In this document: positions 52,020-60,850 of the stretch, piece by piece
Position numbering within the stretch: position 1 is the first letter of the stretch
Layout of the letters: each line of letters opens with the position of its first letter
NCBI GenBank assembly: GCA_016194865.1
Contig: JACQAT010000001.1
Coordinates: 9,457-73,456, forward strand
Direction of reading: 5' to 3'
Origin: Chloroflexota bacterium
Lineage (GTDB): Bacteria > Chloroflexota > Limnocylindria > P2-11E
Length of the DNA: 64,000 nucleotides
Position numbers and translations under genes: made by a program
Notes under the pieces: generated by a model
What the model saw: only the letters and a program-made list of their open reading frames with translations
Told to the model about the DNA's origin: nothing
The model's database searches: none

Positions 52020-53105
52020 ATGCGTTTCCGTTTCCCAGCACTCGCGCTCGTCACCAGCCTGATCGCCGCAGGCTGCGGTGGCTCGGCTACTCCGGGTCCC
52101 GTGGCCGCAACGGCGGCAGGCACCGCGGCGGCCACGGCGGCCCCCGCGACGGCGGCCCCCGCGACGGCGGCCCCCGCGAAGGTCTCGATCATGGTGGGTG
52201 GGCTCAACAAGCAGATCTACCTGCCGAACAAGCTCACCGAGGCGCTCGGCCACTTCAAGGACCAGAACCTCCAAGTGGATCTCATCGACGAGCCGTCCGG
52301 TAAGGACACGACCGTCGAGGTCGTCGCCGGCAACGTCGACTTCGGTTCCGGCTCATACGACCACACCATCGATATCGCGGCGGCCGGCAAGTCGATCACG
52401 ATGGTCACCCTGCTCCTGCAGGAGCCGGGTGAGTTCGTCATGGTGTCGAAGCAGAAGGCCAGCACCGTGAAGTCCCCGAAGGACTGGAAGGGCCTCAACG
52501 TCGGAGTCACCTCGATCGGCTCCGGCACCCACACGCTCATGCGCGCCATGGTGATCAAGGCCGGCCTGAACGTCGCCGACGTGAACTTCGTCGCGGCAGG
52601 CGCGGGAGACACGTTCATCGCGGCGATGAAGCAGGGCAAGATCGACGTCGGCATCACGACGCAGCCGACGGTGCTCCGCATGCAGAAGACCGGTGACGGT
52701 CAGCTGCTCGTCGACCTGTCCAAGATCGAGACCACGCGAGCGGCGCTCGGCGGCGACTATCCGTTCATCTCGGTCTTCGCCCGCGCTGACTACATCGCGA
52801 AGAACAAGGACGTCACCCAGCGCGTGGTCAACGCGTACGTGAAGACGCTCAAATGGATCGCGACGCACACCCCGCTCGAGATCGCCGAGAAGCTGCCGGC
52901 CGACTACTACGGCGGCGACAAGGACGGGTACGTCCAGGCGCTCAAGGACAGCATGGGGATGTTCAGCCCCGACGGAAAGATGACCAAGGGCGCCCCGGAG
53001 TTCGAGCTGAGCCTCCTCAGCAAGTTCAACGAGAACGTCCAGAAGAACCCGAAGATCGACCTTTCGACGACCTACACGGATGAGTTCGTCAGCGCAGCGA
53101 AGTAG
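52020..53105 (+). CDS. NMT1/SsuA-like substrate-binding lipoprotein
   Basis: Lipobox LIAAGC followed by an Ala/Thr/Pro linker. The type-2 PBP body has GSGSYDHTID and VGVTSIGSGTH. Confidence 0.8.
   Translation: MRFRFPALALVTSLIAAGCGGSATPGPVAATAAGTAAATAAPATAAPATAAPAKVSIMVGGLNKQIYLPNKLTEALGHFKDQNLQVDLIDEPSGKDTTVEVVAGNVDFGSGSYDHTIDIAAAGKSITMVTLLLQEPGEFVMVSKQKASTVKSPKDWKGLNVGVTSIGSGTHTLMRAMVIKAGLNVADVNFVAAGAGDTFIAAMKQGKIDVGITTQPTVLRMQKTGDGQLLVDLSKIETTRAALGGDYPFISVFARADYIAKNKDVTQRVVNAYVKTLKWIATHTPLEIAEKLPADYYGGDKDGYVQALKDSMGMFSPDGKMTKGAPEFELSLLSKFNENVQKNPKIDLSTTYTDEFVSAAK
52134..52178 (+). repeat. perfect 15-bp tandem repeat x3 (ACGGCGGCCCCCGCG) inside the lipoprotein linker
   Basis: Three identical head-to-tail copies encode (TAAPA)x3 just after the lipobox. 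Confidence 0.9.
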
Positions 53106-54357
53106 CCGATCGTCGAGGAGCACCGGCCCGCTCGGGCCGGTGCTCCTGGCGCTCGTCGTCGCGCTGACAGGGTGCACGGCGAGTGTGGCGCCCGCGCCCG
53201 TCGCACTGGGACCACTGAAGATCGGCGTCCTCATACCGTTCACCGAGTCAGCGATCGACTCCGACATCGGCGCCTCCCAGCGGCGGGCCGCCGACCTCTA
53301 CCTCAAGCTCAAAGGTGGCGCGCTTGCCGGCCGCGAGGTGCAGCTCGTCTACAACGACGAGTCGGCGCTCGACCCGTCCGTCAACACGGTGCGCATCAAG
53401 CAGTTCCTCGAACAGGATCACGTCCAGATGCTTCTCGGCGGGGCCGGTATCCCCGCCGCGTACCTGCTTCGCGATGCGGCCGAGGCCGCGAAGATCGTGT
53501 ACATCGACACCAACGCCAGCGCGAATGCGCTGACTCGCGCGAACGCGGGCTGCAGGCCGAGCTGCAAGAGCACGTTCGTCTTCCGCAGCGCTCCGTCCTC
53601 GTGGCAGATGAGCGAGCCGCTGGGCGAGTGGGTCTCGAAGCGGGGTCAGCGGGACTACTTCGTCGTGAGCGCCGACGACGCGTTCGGCGCCGAATCGGCG
53701 GCGGCGTTCGGCGAGGGCCTCGCGAAGAACGGAGGCACGGTCACCGGCCGGACCACCGTGCCCGCGAAGAGCGGCGCCGATTGGAAGAAGGTCGTCGCAT
53801 CGATCAAGGCGCAGCCGACGAAGAACGTCTTCGCCGCGTTCGTCACGGACGACGCCGAAGGGCTCGTGGGCGCGTGGGGCGCGGCGGGGATGGCCGTCGC
53901 CGGGTACAAGCTCGCGGGCCCCGGCCACCTCGCCGACTTCCAGGTGCTGAAGACGACGAAGCGGGCGGCGACCGGCGTCACCACCACGTTCCCGTGGTCG
54001 AACGAGCTCGACAACGCGGAGAACAAGCGGTTCGTCGACGAGTTCAAGAAGGCGTACACGGACGATGAGACCGGCCAGCCGCTCGCGCCGGACGGCTACG
54101 CGGTAGAGATGTGGGACACGATGCAGGCGCTTGAAGCCGCCCTCAAGACCACGAAGGGCGACACCGCGAATACAGACGCGTTCATCGCCGCGCTCGAGGC
54201 GGTGTCGTTCAACGGGCCGGGCGGCGCCTTCGCGTTCGACAAGTCCACCCACAGCGCCACACAGGACCTGTACGTGCGCGAGGCGAGGGCATCGGGCGGC
54301 CTGCTCGTGAACGCGACCGTCGACAGGCTCGGGAGCGTCAAGGACTCAGGGCAATAG
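53080..54357 (+). CDS. type-I periplasmic binding protein (LivJ-like) lipoprotein
   Basis: Arg-rich n-region and lipobox VALTGC. The PBP1 body has KIGVLIPFT, VQMLLGGAG and DYFVVSADDAFG. Confidence 0.8.
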   Translation: MSSSAQRSSRSSRSTGPLGPVLLALVVALTGCTASVAPAPVALGPLKIGVLIPFTESAIDSDIGASQRRAADLYLKLKGGALAGREVQLVYNDESALDPSVNTVRIKQFLEQDHVQMLLGGAGIPAAYLLRDAAEAAKIVYIDTNASANALTRANAGCRPSCKSTFVFRSAPSSWQMSEPLGEWVSKRGQRDYFVVSADDAFGAESAAAFGEGLAKNGGTVTGRTTVPAKSGADWKKVVASIKAQPTKNVFAAFVTDDAEGLVGAWGAAGMAVAGYKLAGPGHLADFQVLKTTKRAATGVTTTFPWSNELDNAENKRFVDEFKKAYTDDETGQPLAPDGYAVEMWDTMQALEAALKTTKGDTANTDAFIAALEAVSFNGPGGAFAFDKSTHSATQDLYVREARASGGLLVNATVDRLGSVKDSGQ

Positions 54358-55272
54358 CGCGCGGTCCAGTGCGCTGAACAGCAGGTCCTGCTCCTCAGGT
54401 GGCCGTACCGCGATCCGCACGTGATCCGGGAGGCCGAAGCTCGCGCACGCTCGCACGGCGATCCGCTGCGTCGCGAGCCGGCGTGCAAGCTCGTCCGCGG
54501 CCAGTGGGGTGCGCGCCAGCACGAAGTTGACGACCGACTCACGCGGCTCGAGGCCGCGTTCGCGTAACCCCTTCGCGAGCCGCATCCGCCACTCCGTGAC
54601 GTGCTTCGCGTCGCTCTCCGAGATGGAGAAGGTCGCGGCCGACGCCGCCGCGATCGCGTGCGCGCCGACCGACCATGGCAGCTGCCGCTCGCGCAGCGCG
54701 GCGATCCGCTCGGGCGACGCGATGAGATAGCCGAGCCGGACGCCCGGTAGCGCGAGCACCTTCGTGAGCGAGCGCACGAGCACCGCATGCTCGCTGAGCT
54801 CCAGCGCCGCCGCCGTGGGACGTCCGAACGGGACGAACGACTGATCGACAAGGCAGAGCCGCTCGCGCACCGCGGCGCGTAGCTCCTCCGCGCTGAGCTG
54901 CGTCCCGGTCGGGTTGTTCGGATCGCAGATGAAGCCGACGGTGCCCGCGTTGCCCACGGTCGCGCCGGCGAGCGCGATCTCGCGCACGTACTCGCCGTAG
55001 GTCGGGTCGGCGATCGTCGCGACGTCACCCTGCCGCACGAACGCCCGGCGGAACAGACGGATGCCCTCGCTCGCGCCGCTGGTGAGCAGCACGCGATCGG
55101 CGGGAACGCCCGCGTCCGTGGCGAGGTGCGCCTCGGCGGCCGCCGCGTCGAGATCCGCGTACGCGCCGTACGTCGCCTTCGCGATCGCCTCGCGCACCGC
55201 GACGGGCGTGCCGCAGGGGTTCAGGCTCGCGCTGAACTCGAGCCAGCCACGGGGCGCGCCGCCGTGCGACAC
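54346..55272 (-). CDS. PLP-dependent class I/II aminotransferase-fold enzyme, threonine-phosphate decarboxylase (CobD)-like
   Basis: HGG...LEFSASLNP N-terminus, CDPNNPTG, and the PLP-lysine motif SLTKVLALPGVRLGY. Short, at 308 aa. Confidence 0.6.
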   Translation of the reverse strand: MSHGGAPRGWLEFSASLNPCGTPVAVREAIAKATYGAYADLDAAAAEAHLATDAGVPADRVLLTSGASEGIRLFRRAFVRQGDVATIADPTYGEYVREIALAGATVGNAGTVGFICDPNNPTGTQLSAEELRAAVRERLCLVDQSFVPFGRPTAAALELSEHAVLVRSLTKVLALPGVRLGYLIASPERIAALRERQLPWSVGAHAIAAASAATFSISESDAKHVTEWRMRLAKGLRERGLEPRESVVNFVLARTPLAADELARRLATQRIAVRACASFGLPDHVRIAVRPPEEQDLLFSALDRALLP

Positions 55273-55295
55273 GGTCCGGATCCCGTCGCGGGCGT

Positions 55296-56543
55296 CTACG
55301 ACGATGGTTCGGGAGCAGGTACGCGCCGGTCGCCGAAGGCGAGGCGCGCGTCCACGAACCGCTGCACGCGCCGCCTGATCGGCTGGAACAGGAAGACATT
55401 CACCAGCGCGGCGAGCGCGACCGCGAGCTCCGACGGCCCGCCGACGAGCGTTCTCAGCAGCTGCTGCAGCAGGAAGATGGTCCCGAGGAAGACCAGGGCG
55501 ATGGCCGCCGTGAGCGGCCCGTAGATCATGGTGCGATCGAGGACGATCGTCATATCGAACAGGCGGTAGCGGAGCATCGCGAGCGCGATGGCGACCGGGA
55601 GCACGACGAAGAGCGGCGGCGTGAGGCGCAGCAGCAGCGAGTACAGCAGGCGCGAAGACTCGGCGGTGAACACCTCGCCGCGAAGCGCGAACGAGATGAG
55701 GTCAAGGGCCATCACGATGATGCCGACGCTGAACGCGATGCTCAGGGCCCAGACGACGAGGCGGGTCTGGGCCCGCTCAGTCGGGGTCGACCTTCGGTAG
55801 CGATAGAGCTGGCTGGACAGGCCGACGACCGGAATGACCAGCCCGAACGTGATCGTGAAGTACACGACCTCCGAGGAAACGAGCGCCGAATAGTTGGCGA
55901 TCGGCGCGACGCCGAAGAGCTGGTGGAACAGGAACGGGATCAACGCCTCTCCGAACCCGCGCGCCCCCGGGGGCCCACCGACGATGAGCGACGCGAGCGT
56001 GAAGAAGACCTCTTCGGCCGTGAGACCCCACAGGACGATGACCAGCCACTTCGTCCACCGAGGCACGAAGCGTCCGTTGGGGAACAGGACCAGCGCCGTG
56101 AGGTAGGCCGCGCCCGAGATCGCGTGGAAGACGAAATGGGCCGTCTGCATCCAGAACGTGTCGGGTATGGCGCCCGCGGCGGCGTTCCCCGACGCGATCG
56201 CGACGATGGCGTGCGATTGGAAGTTGAAGCCCATCGCGACGCCGACCATGCCGAGACCGAACAGGTAGGCCACGCGATCGTGCGGGCGCTTCCACACGAG
56301 GAACGCGCCGACGCCGATGTTGATCGCGCTCAGGATGTAGTCGACCGCGATCTCCGGTGGCGTCTCGGCGAAGCGCGCCGCGTTCGCCATGTTCCGCCAG
56401 ACCGGCGCGAGGAGGCCACCGGACGCGGCCCAGCTCTGCAGCGTCGCGCGCACGCTCGGGTCGACCGCGGCGGCCGCGAGCAGGCCGAGCGCCAGGAGGA
56501 ACACGGCGACGGCCGTGTACACGGCGAACGCCGCGAGGAACAC
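55296..56543 (-). CDS. hypothetical polytopic membrane protein
   Basis: 415 aa with about 10-12 TM segments. No catalytic motif was recognised. It resembles the membrane sensor modules found at the N-termini of some kinases. Confidence 0.55.
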   Translation of the reverse strand: MFLAAFAVYTAVAVFLLALGLLAAAAVDPSVRATLQSWAASGGLLAPVWRNMANAARFAETPPEIAVDYILSAINIGVGAFLVWKRPHDRVAYLFGLGMVGVAMGFNFQSHAIVAIASGNAAAGAIPDTFWMQTAHFVFHAISGAAYLTALVLFPNGRFVPRWTKWLVIVLWGLTAEEVFFTLASLIVGGPPGARGFGEALIPFLFHQLFGVAPIANYSALVSSEVVYFTITFGLVIPVVGLSSQLYRYRRSTPTERAQTRLVVWALSIAFSVGIIVMALDLISFALRGEVFTAESSRLLYSLLLRLTPPLFVVLPVAIALAMLRYRLFDMTIVLDRTMIYGPLTAAIALVFLGTIFLLQQLLRTLVGGPSELAVALAALVNVFLFQPIRRRVQRFVDARLAFGDRRVPAPEPSS

Positions 56544-56626
56544 GCGCTGAACGATCCGGCTACGCGTGCGCGCAGTCTATCGAAGCGTTCCATGCGTCCG
56601 ATCAGGTTCGAGTAGATTCGGTGCCG

Positions 56627-57802
56627 ATGACCGATCCGAAACGGAGCGACCCGACCCTGCCGCTCCTGCTGTACGGCGACTCGTACCGCTTCCCCGACGT
56701 CTACCACCTGACGCGGTTCCTGGCGCCCGACGCCTTCATCACGCTCGAGCACGGCGACGAGCGCGTCATGGTCGTGAACTCGCTCGAGTTCGGGCGGGCG
56801 CAGAAGGAGTCGCGCGCGACGAGCGTGCGGAACGTGGACGAGTTCGGCCAGCGCGAGCTGACCGCCGCCGGCACGCCGTACGACGACGCCGCGGCGATCG
56901 TCATCTCGCGCGTGCTTCGTGAGCGGAAGATCGAGAAGGTCGCGGTCCCGCGCTACTTCCCGCTCGCCGTCGCCGATCGGCTGCGTGCCGAGGGGATCGC
57001 GCTCGAGGTCGCGCGCCAGCTCGACGCGCGCCGCCGTACGAAGCGCGACGACGAGATCGTCGCGCTCACGGCGACGCAGCGTGCGACGGAAGAGGCCTGG
57101 GCGCTCGGCGTAGCGGCAATATCGCGCGCGACGGTCGGCAAGGACAGGGTGCTCCAGCTCGACGGGAAGACGTTCACGGCCGAGATGCTCCGCGCGATCG
57201 TGGACGGCGCCCTGCTGGACCGCGGCTGCAGCGCTGACGGGACGATCTGCGCGCCCGGGACGCAGGCGGCCGACCCGCACATGGGCGGGAGCGGTCCGCT
57301 GCACGCGGGTGAGGCGATCGTCATGGACATCTTCCCGCAGCACAAGACGAGTCGCTACTTCGCCGACATGACGCGGACCATCTCGAAAGGCGCGCCCTCG
57401 GACGCGATCGTGAAGATGTACGAGGTGGTGAAGCGCGCTCAGGATGCGGGCATCGCGGCGCTGCGGCCGGGGATCACGGGCAAGGAGGTGCACGAGCTCG
57501 TCGAGGACGTCATCTATGACGCGGGCTACGAGACGCTGCGCCCGGAGCACAAGCGGCGAACGGACGACCCGATCACGCGCGGCATGATCCACGGCACCGG
57601 TCACGGGGTCGGCCTCGAGATCCACGAGGCGCCGAGCGTCGGCCGCGCCGGGCGCGATCCGCTCGCCGCCGGGGATGTGGTGACCGTCGAGCCCGGGATC
57701 TACGACCCTGATGTCGGCGGCGTGCGCCTCGAGGACATGCTCGTCATCACCGAGAGCGGGTACCGGAACCTCACGCGCGCTCCACGCGAGCTCGTCGTCT
57801 AA
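56627..57802 (+). CDS. M24 family metallopeptidase (Xaa-Pro aminopeptidase/creatinase fold)
   Basis: Metal ligands in VMDIFP..YFADMTRT, HGTGHGVGLEIHE and VTVEPGIY..GGVRLEDM. Confidence 0.85.
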   Translation: MTDPKRSDPTLPLLLYGDSYRFPDVYHLTRFLAPDAFITLEHGDERVMVVNSLEFGRAQKESRATSVRNVDEFGQRELTAAGTPYDDAAAIVISRVLRERKIEKVAVPRYFPLAVADRLRAEGIALEVARQLDARRRTKRDDEIVALTATQRATEEAWALGVAAISRATVGKDRVLQLDGKTFTAEMLRAIVDGALLDRGCSADGTICAPGTQAADPHMGGSGPLHAGEAIVMDIFPQHKTSRYFADMTRTISKGAPSDAIVKMYEVVKRAQDAGIAALRPGITGKEVHELVEDVIYDAGYETLRPEHKRRTDDPITRGMIHGTGHGVGLEIHEAPSVGRAGRDPLAAGDVVTVEPGIYDPDVGGVRLEDMLVITESGYRNLTRAPRELVV

Positions 57803-58675
57803 CTGAACCCTCTCGTCGCGGGCATCGGCTCCGCGCTCTCCTGGGGCATCGCGGACTACAGCGGCGCGCTCGCGACGCGGCGGGTGGGCGCGCTGTGGAC
57901 CTCGCTCGGCATGCAGACGGTCGGCACGGTGCTCTACGCGGCCGCGTTGCTCGCGCTCGGCCGCTGGCCGGCGATCGCGACCAGCGTGCTCCCCTGGGGC
58001 ATCGGGCTCGGCCTGCTCGGCAACCTGTCGCTGTACTTCCTGTACCGCAGCCTCGCGATCGGACCGATCGCGGTCGTGAGCCCGGTGGTCGCGTCGTACA
58101 CGGCGGTGACCGTCATCCTGGTGGTCGTCTTTCTCGGCGAGCAGCTGAGCGCGCTCCAGACGCTGGCGATCGTCGTGACCTTCGCCGGCGTGCTGCTCGC
58201 GTCGACCGACATCCGCCAGGTCGTCGCGACGCTGGGGCGTCCGCTCCCCGGCGTGCGCATCGCGCTGATCGCGACGATCGGCTTCGGCTGCTGGGGCGCG
58301 CTGATGGCGGGGGCCACGCGCACCGAGGAGCCGCTCGCGCTCGTGCTCGTCGGTCGGGCCTCGGCCATGGTCGCGCTGCTCGTGATCGTCGCCGCGCTCC
58401 GGAGGCGACCGCCGTCCGACAGGAGCGCACGCGCGATCGGACTGCTCGTCGCGGTCGGGGTCTTCGACACGATCGCGAACGTGCTGTTCGTCGTCGGCGT
58501 ACAGGGCGGCTTCGCGGCGATCGTGGCCACCGCGAGCGGGATCTATCCGGTGCTGCCCGCGGTCCTCGCGATCGTGGTGCTCGGCGAGCGTCTCGCGCTC
58601 AACCAGTACGCGGGCATCGCGGTGATCCTCGGCGGTCTCGCGTTGCTCGGGCTCAGCGCCTCGCCTGGCTCCTGA
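57803..58675 (+). CDS. EamA/DMT family transporter
   Basis: Two EamA repeats. The first canonical start (GTG 57884) would delete TM1. Codons from CTG 57803 encode LNPLVAGIGSALSWGIADYSGALATRR, the expected first helix. Confidence 0.7.
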   Translation: MNPLVAGIGSALSWGIADYSGALATRRVGALWTSLGMQTVGTVLYAAALLALGRWPAIATSVLPWGIGLGLLGNLSLYFLYRSLAIGPIAVVSPVVASYTAVTVILVVVFLGEQLSALQTLAIVVTFAGVLLASTDIRQVVATLGRPLPGVRIALIATIGFGCWGALMAGATRTEEPLALVLVGRASAMVALLVIVAALRRRPPSDRSARAIGLLVAVGVFDTIANVLFVVGVQGGFAAIVATASGIYPVLPAVLAIVVLGERLALNQYAGIAVILGGLALLGLSASPGS

Positions 58676-59978
58676 GGAACGCGACCGCCGCGTCGAGCTG
58701 CGTGTCGCCGCTCTGCGCCGAATCGAGCGGGACGACCTTGTCCGGCACCACACCGCGTCCGTCGCCGTTGAGCTCCGCGCCGGTCTTCGCGTCCTGCATG
58801 CGCGCGAGCGTGATCAGCAGCAGCCCGCCATCGGGGAGCTCCCGCGGCTGACCGATGCCCACGCAGCCCGCGGTCTTATTGCCGATGATCGTGCCGACAC
58901 CGTTCGCCTGAACGCCCGCGGCGATGATCTCGGAGCCCGACGCCGAGCGCTCGTTGACGAGCACGACGAGCGGCTTCTGCGTTCCCCAGTACCAGCGGTC
59001 GTTCGTCTTCACCGCCTGGCGGCTGCCGTCGCGGCCGATCTGGTAGACGAGCACGCCGCTCTTCACGAAGATGCTGCCGATATCGACCGCCGCCGACAGG
59101 TCGCCGCCCGGATCGTTGCGCAGGTCGAGGATCGCGGTGGTCGCGCCGGCGGTCAGGAGCTTCGTGAGCTCGTCCGACGTCTGGCGCGTCACGTCCCCGT
59201 TGAGCTGCGCGACGCTGACGTACGCGATCGAGCCGTTCTCGTAGGTCCGTGACTGCACGCGCGGAGGCACGATCTTGCCGCGCACGATGTTGAACGCGAT
59301 GTCGTTGCCGCCGCGCAGGAGAACGAGATGCACGGTCGTGCCCTCCGGTCCCTTGATGCGGTTCGCGACCTCTTCGGGCGTGAAGCCGGCGACGTCGGTG
59401 TCCTCGACGGTCTTGATGCGGTCGCCCGCGCGCACACCCGCCTTCTCGGCCGGGCTGCTCGGGAAGACGTAGGAGATCTCGGGCAGCTCGGTCGGCTTGC
59501 CGGGTGAGATCTGCGCGCCGATGCCCTCGTACTGGGTCGGACCCTGGTTGAAGCCCTTCGCGCGTTCGGGGTCGAGGTAATAGGTGTGGCACTCGTTCAT
59601 CGACTTCGCCATGCCATCGGTCGCCGCGCGCTCCATGAGCGTCGCGTCGAGCTTGCCGTTCTTGGCGATCGCGCCATCGAGCGTCGCGCCGAACTTCGAG
59701 AAGTCCGACTCGATGGCGCCCGTGAACTCGGGCCGCGTGACCGGCGCGTCGTTCGCCTTCTTGAGGAACGCGTCGACGCTGTCGAGCGCGCCGATCAGGA
59801 GCTGCTTGGAGCCCGGCTTGTCCACGTGGCGCTCGAGCAGCTGGTGGTAGGCGAACTCGGCCGTCTTGTAGCTCGAATGGGTGGTCGGAAGGAGCTCGCG
59901 GCCGACATCGGGGGGCAGGATCGAACAGGCGCCGAGGACGGCGGCAGCGAGGAGGGGGAGGAGGCGGAAGCGGCGCAT
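58653..59978 (-). CDS. S41 family C-terminal processing peptidase lipoprotein (PDZ domain)
   Basis: Signal/lipobox LLAAAVLGAC. PDZ motif GVRAGDRIKTVED. S41 core has LDLRNDPGG and VNERSASGSEI. Confidence 0.85.
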   Translation of the reverse strand: MRRFRLLPLLAAAVLGACSILPPDVGRELLPTTHSSYKTAEFAYHQLLERHVDKPGSKQLLIGALDSVDAFLKKANDAPVTRPEFTGAIESDFSKFGATLDGAIAKNGKLDATLMERAATDGMAKSMNECHTYYLDPERAKGFNQGPTQYEGIGAQISPGKPTELPEISYVFPSSPAEKAGVRAGDRIKTVEDTDVAGFTPEEVANRIKGPEGTTVHLVLLRGGNDIAFNIVRGKIVPPRVQSRTYENGSIAYVSVAQLNGDVTRQTSDELTKLLTAGATTAILDLRNDPGGDLSAAVDIGSIFVKSGVLVYQIGRDGSRQAVKTNDRWYWGTQKPLVVLVNERSASGSEIIAAGVQANGVGTIIGNKTAGCVGIGQPRELPDGGLLLITLARMQDAKTGAELNGDGRGVVPDKVVPLDSAQSGDTQLDAAVAFLRSQARR

Positions 59979-60021
59979 TGCGATGACCACTGTACGAGCG
60001 CGGGCCGGGTTTCGGTCTCGG

Positions 60022-60621
60022 CTAGACATGCTCCTTGAGCAGCGTGCGCAGGCGACCGAGCGCTCGGAACTGCAGCGCGCGGATGGCGCCTTCGTTCTTC
60101 CCCAGCACCTTCGCGACATCACGACTGGACATGTTCTCGACGAAGCGCAGCACGAGGACCTCCTGCTGCTCGCCGGTCAGGTGCTTCACCGCGCCACGCA
60201 GCGCGTCCACCTCTTCGCCGTGCACCGCGCGATCGTGTGCGGTCGGACCGTCCTGGGCGAGGCTGAACGCGTTCTCGATGTCGATCGTTGGACGTTCGCG
60301 GCGGCGGCGGTCGGTGACCGCGTTGCGCGCGATGGTGTACAGCCAGGCGAGGAACGATTTGCCCTGCCAGGTGTAGCGGTGGATGTTCGCGAAGGCGCGG
60401 GTGAACACCTCGCTGCAGAGGTCCTCCGCGTCCGCGGGCTCGCGCACGCGGTAGATGAGATAGCGGTAGACGTTGTCGACGTAGAGGTCGTAGAGCTCGG
60501 CGAAGGCGCCGCGGTCACCGGTGCGGGCGCGCTCGATGACGTCGGGGATCGGTCCGATCGCCGCCGTCTCGGGGAGCACCCGAGGGGTGGCCCGTGGGAG
60601 TGCTGTCACCTGGACCGTCAT
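60022..60621 (-). CDS. ECF-type sigma-70 family sigma factor
   Basis: Region 2 is AFAELYDLYVDNVYRYLIYRV..AEDLCSEVF..WLYTIARN. Region 4 is LTGEQQEVLVLRFVENMSSRDVAKVLG. ATG 60621 was chosen as the start. Confidence 0.85.
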   Translation of the reverse strand: MTVQVTALPRATPRVLPETAAIGPIPDVIERARTGDRGAFAELYDLYVDNVYRYLIYRVREPADAEDLCSEVFTRAFANIHRYTWQGKSFLAWLYTIARNAVTDRRRRERPTIDIENAFSLAQDGPTAHDRAVHGEEVDALRGAVKHLTGEQQEVLVLRFVENMSSRDVAKVLGKNEGAIRALQFRALGRLRTLLKEHV

Positions 60622-60850
60622 CGCCACTTCCTCACACCGTCTTCGCTGACGCGAACGATGACCCGTAACGCGGGCCACCACAAGCACCCATGAGTACCAA
60701 ACCGGTCATACGACGGGGTGACCGAGCGCACACCGTACGGAGGTCGCGCGGGGCAGCCCTCGCGGGCGCGCGGAGAGGCGGTCGAGCGAGCCATTCGTTG
60801 TGCCTGAACGCGGTCGGGGGCTGGATCACTCAGGTCCCGGAAAAAAGTCG

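Noticed and set aside
57800-57805. Stop-codon read-through fusing the M24 peptidase to the EamA transporter; they share a frame and are separated only by TAA.
   Set aside because: A soluble peptidase fused to a 10-TM transporter has no precedent I know of. The same-frame juxtaposition has a 1 in 3 chance. Reinitiation or a CTG start is the simpler reading.
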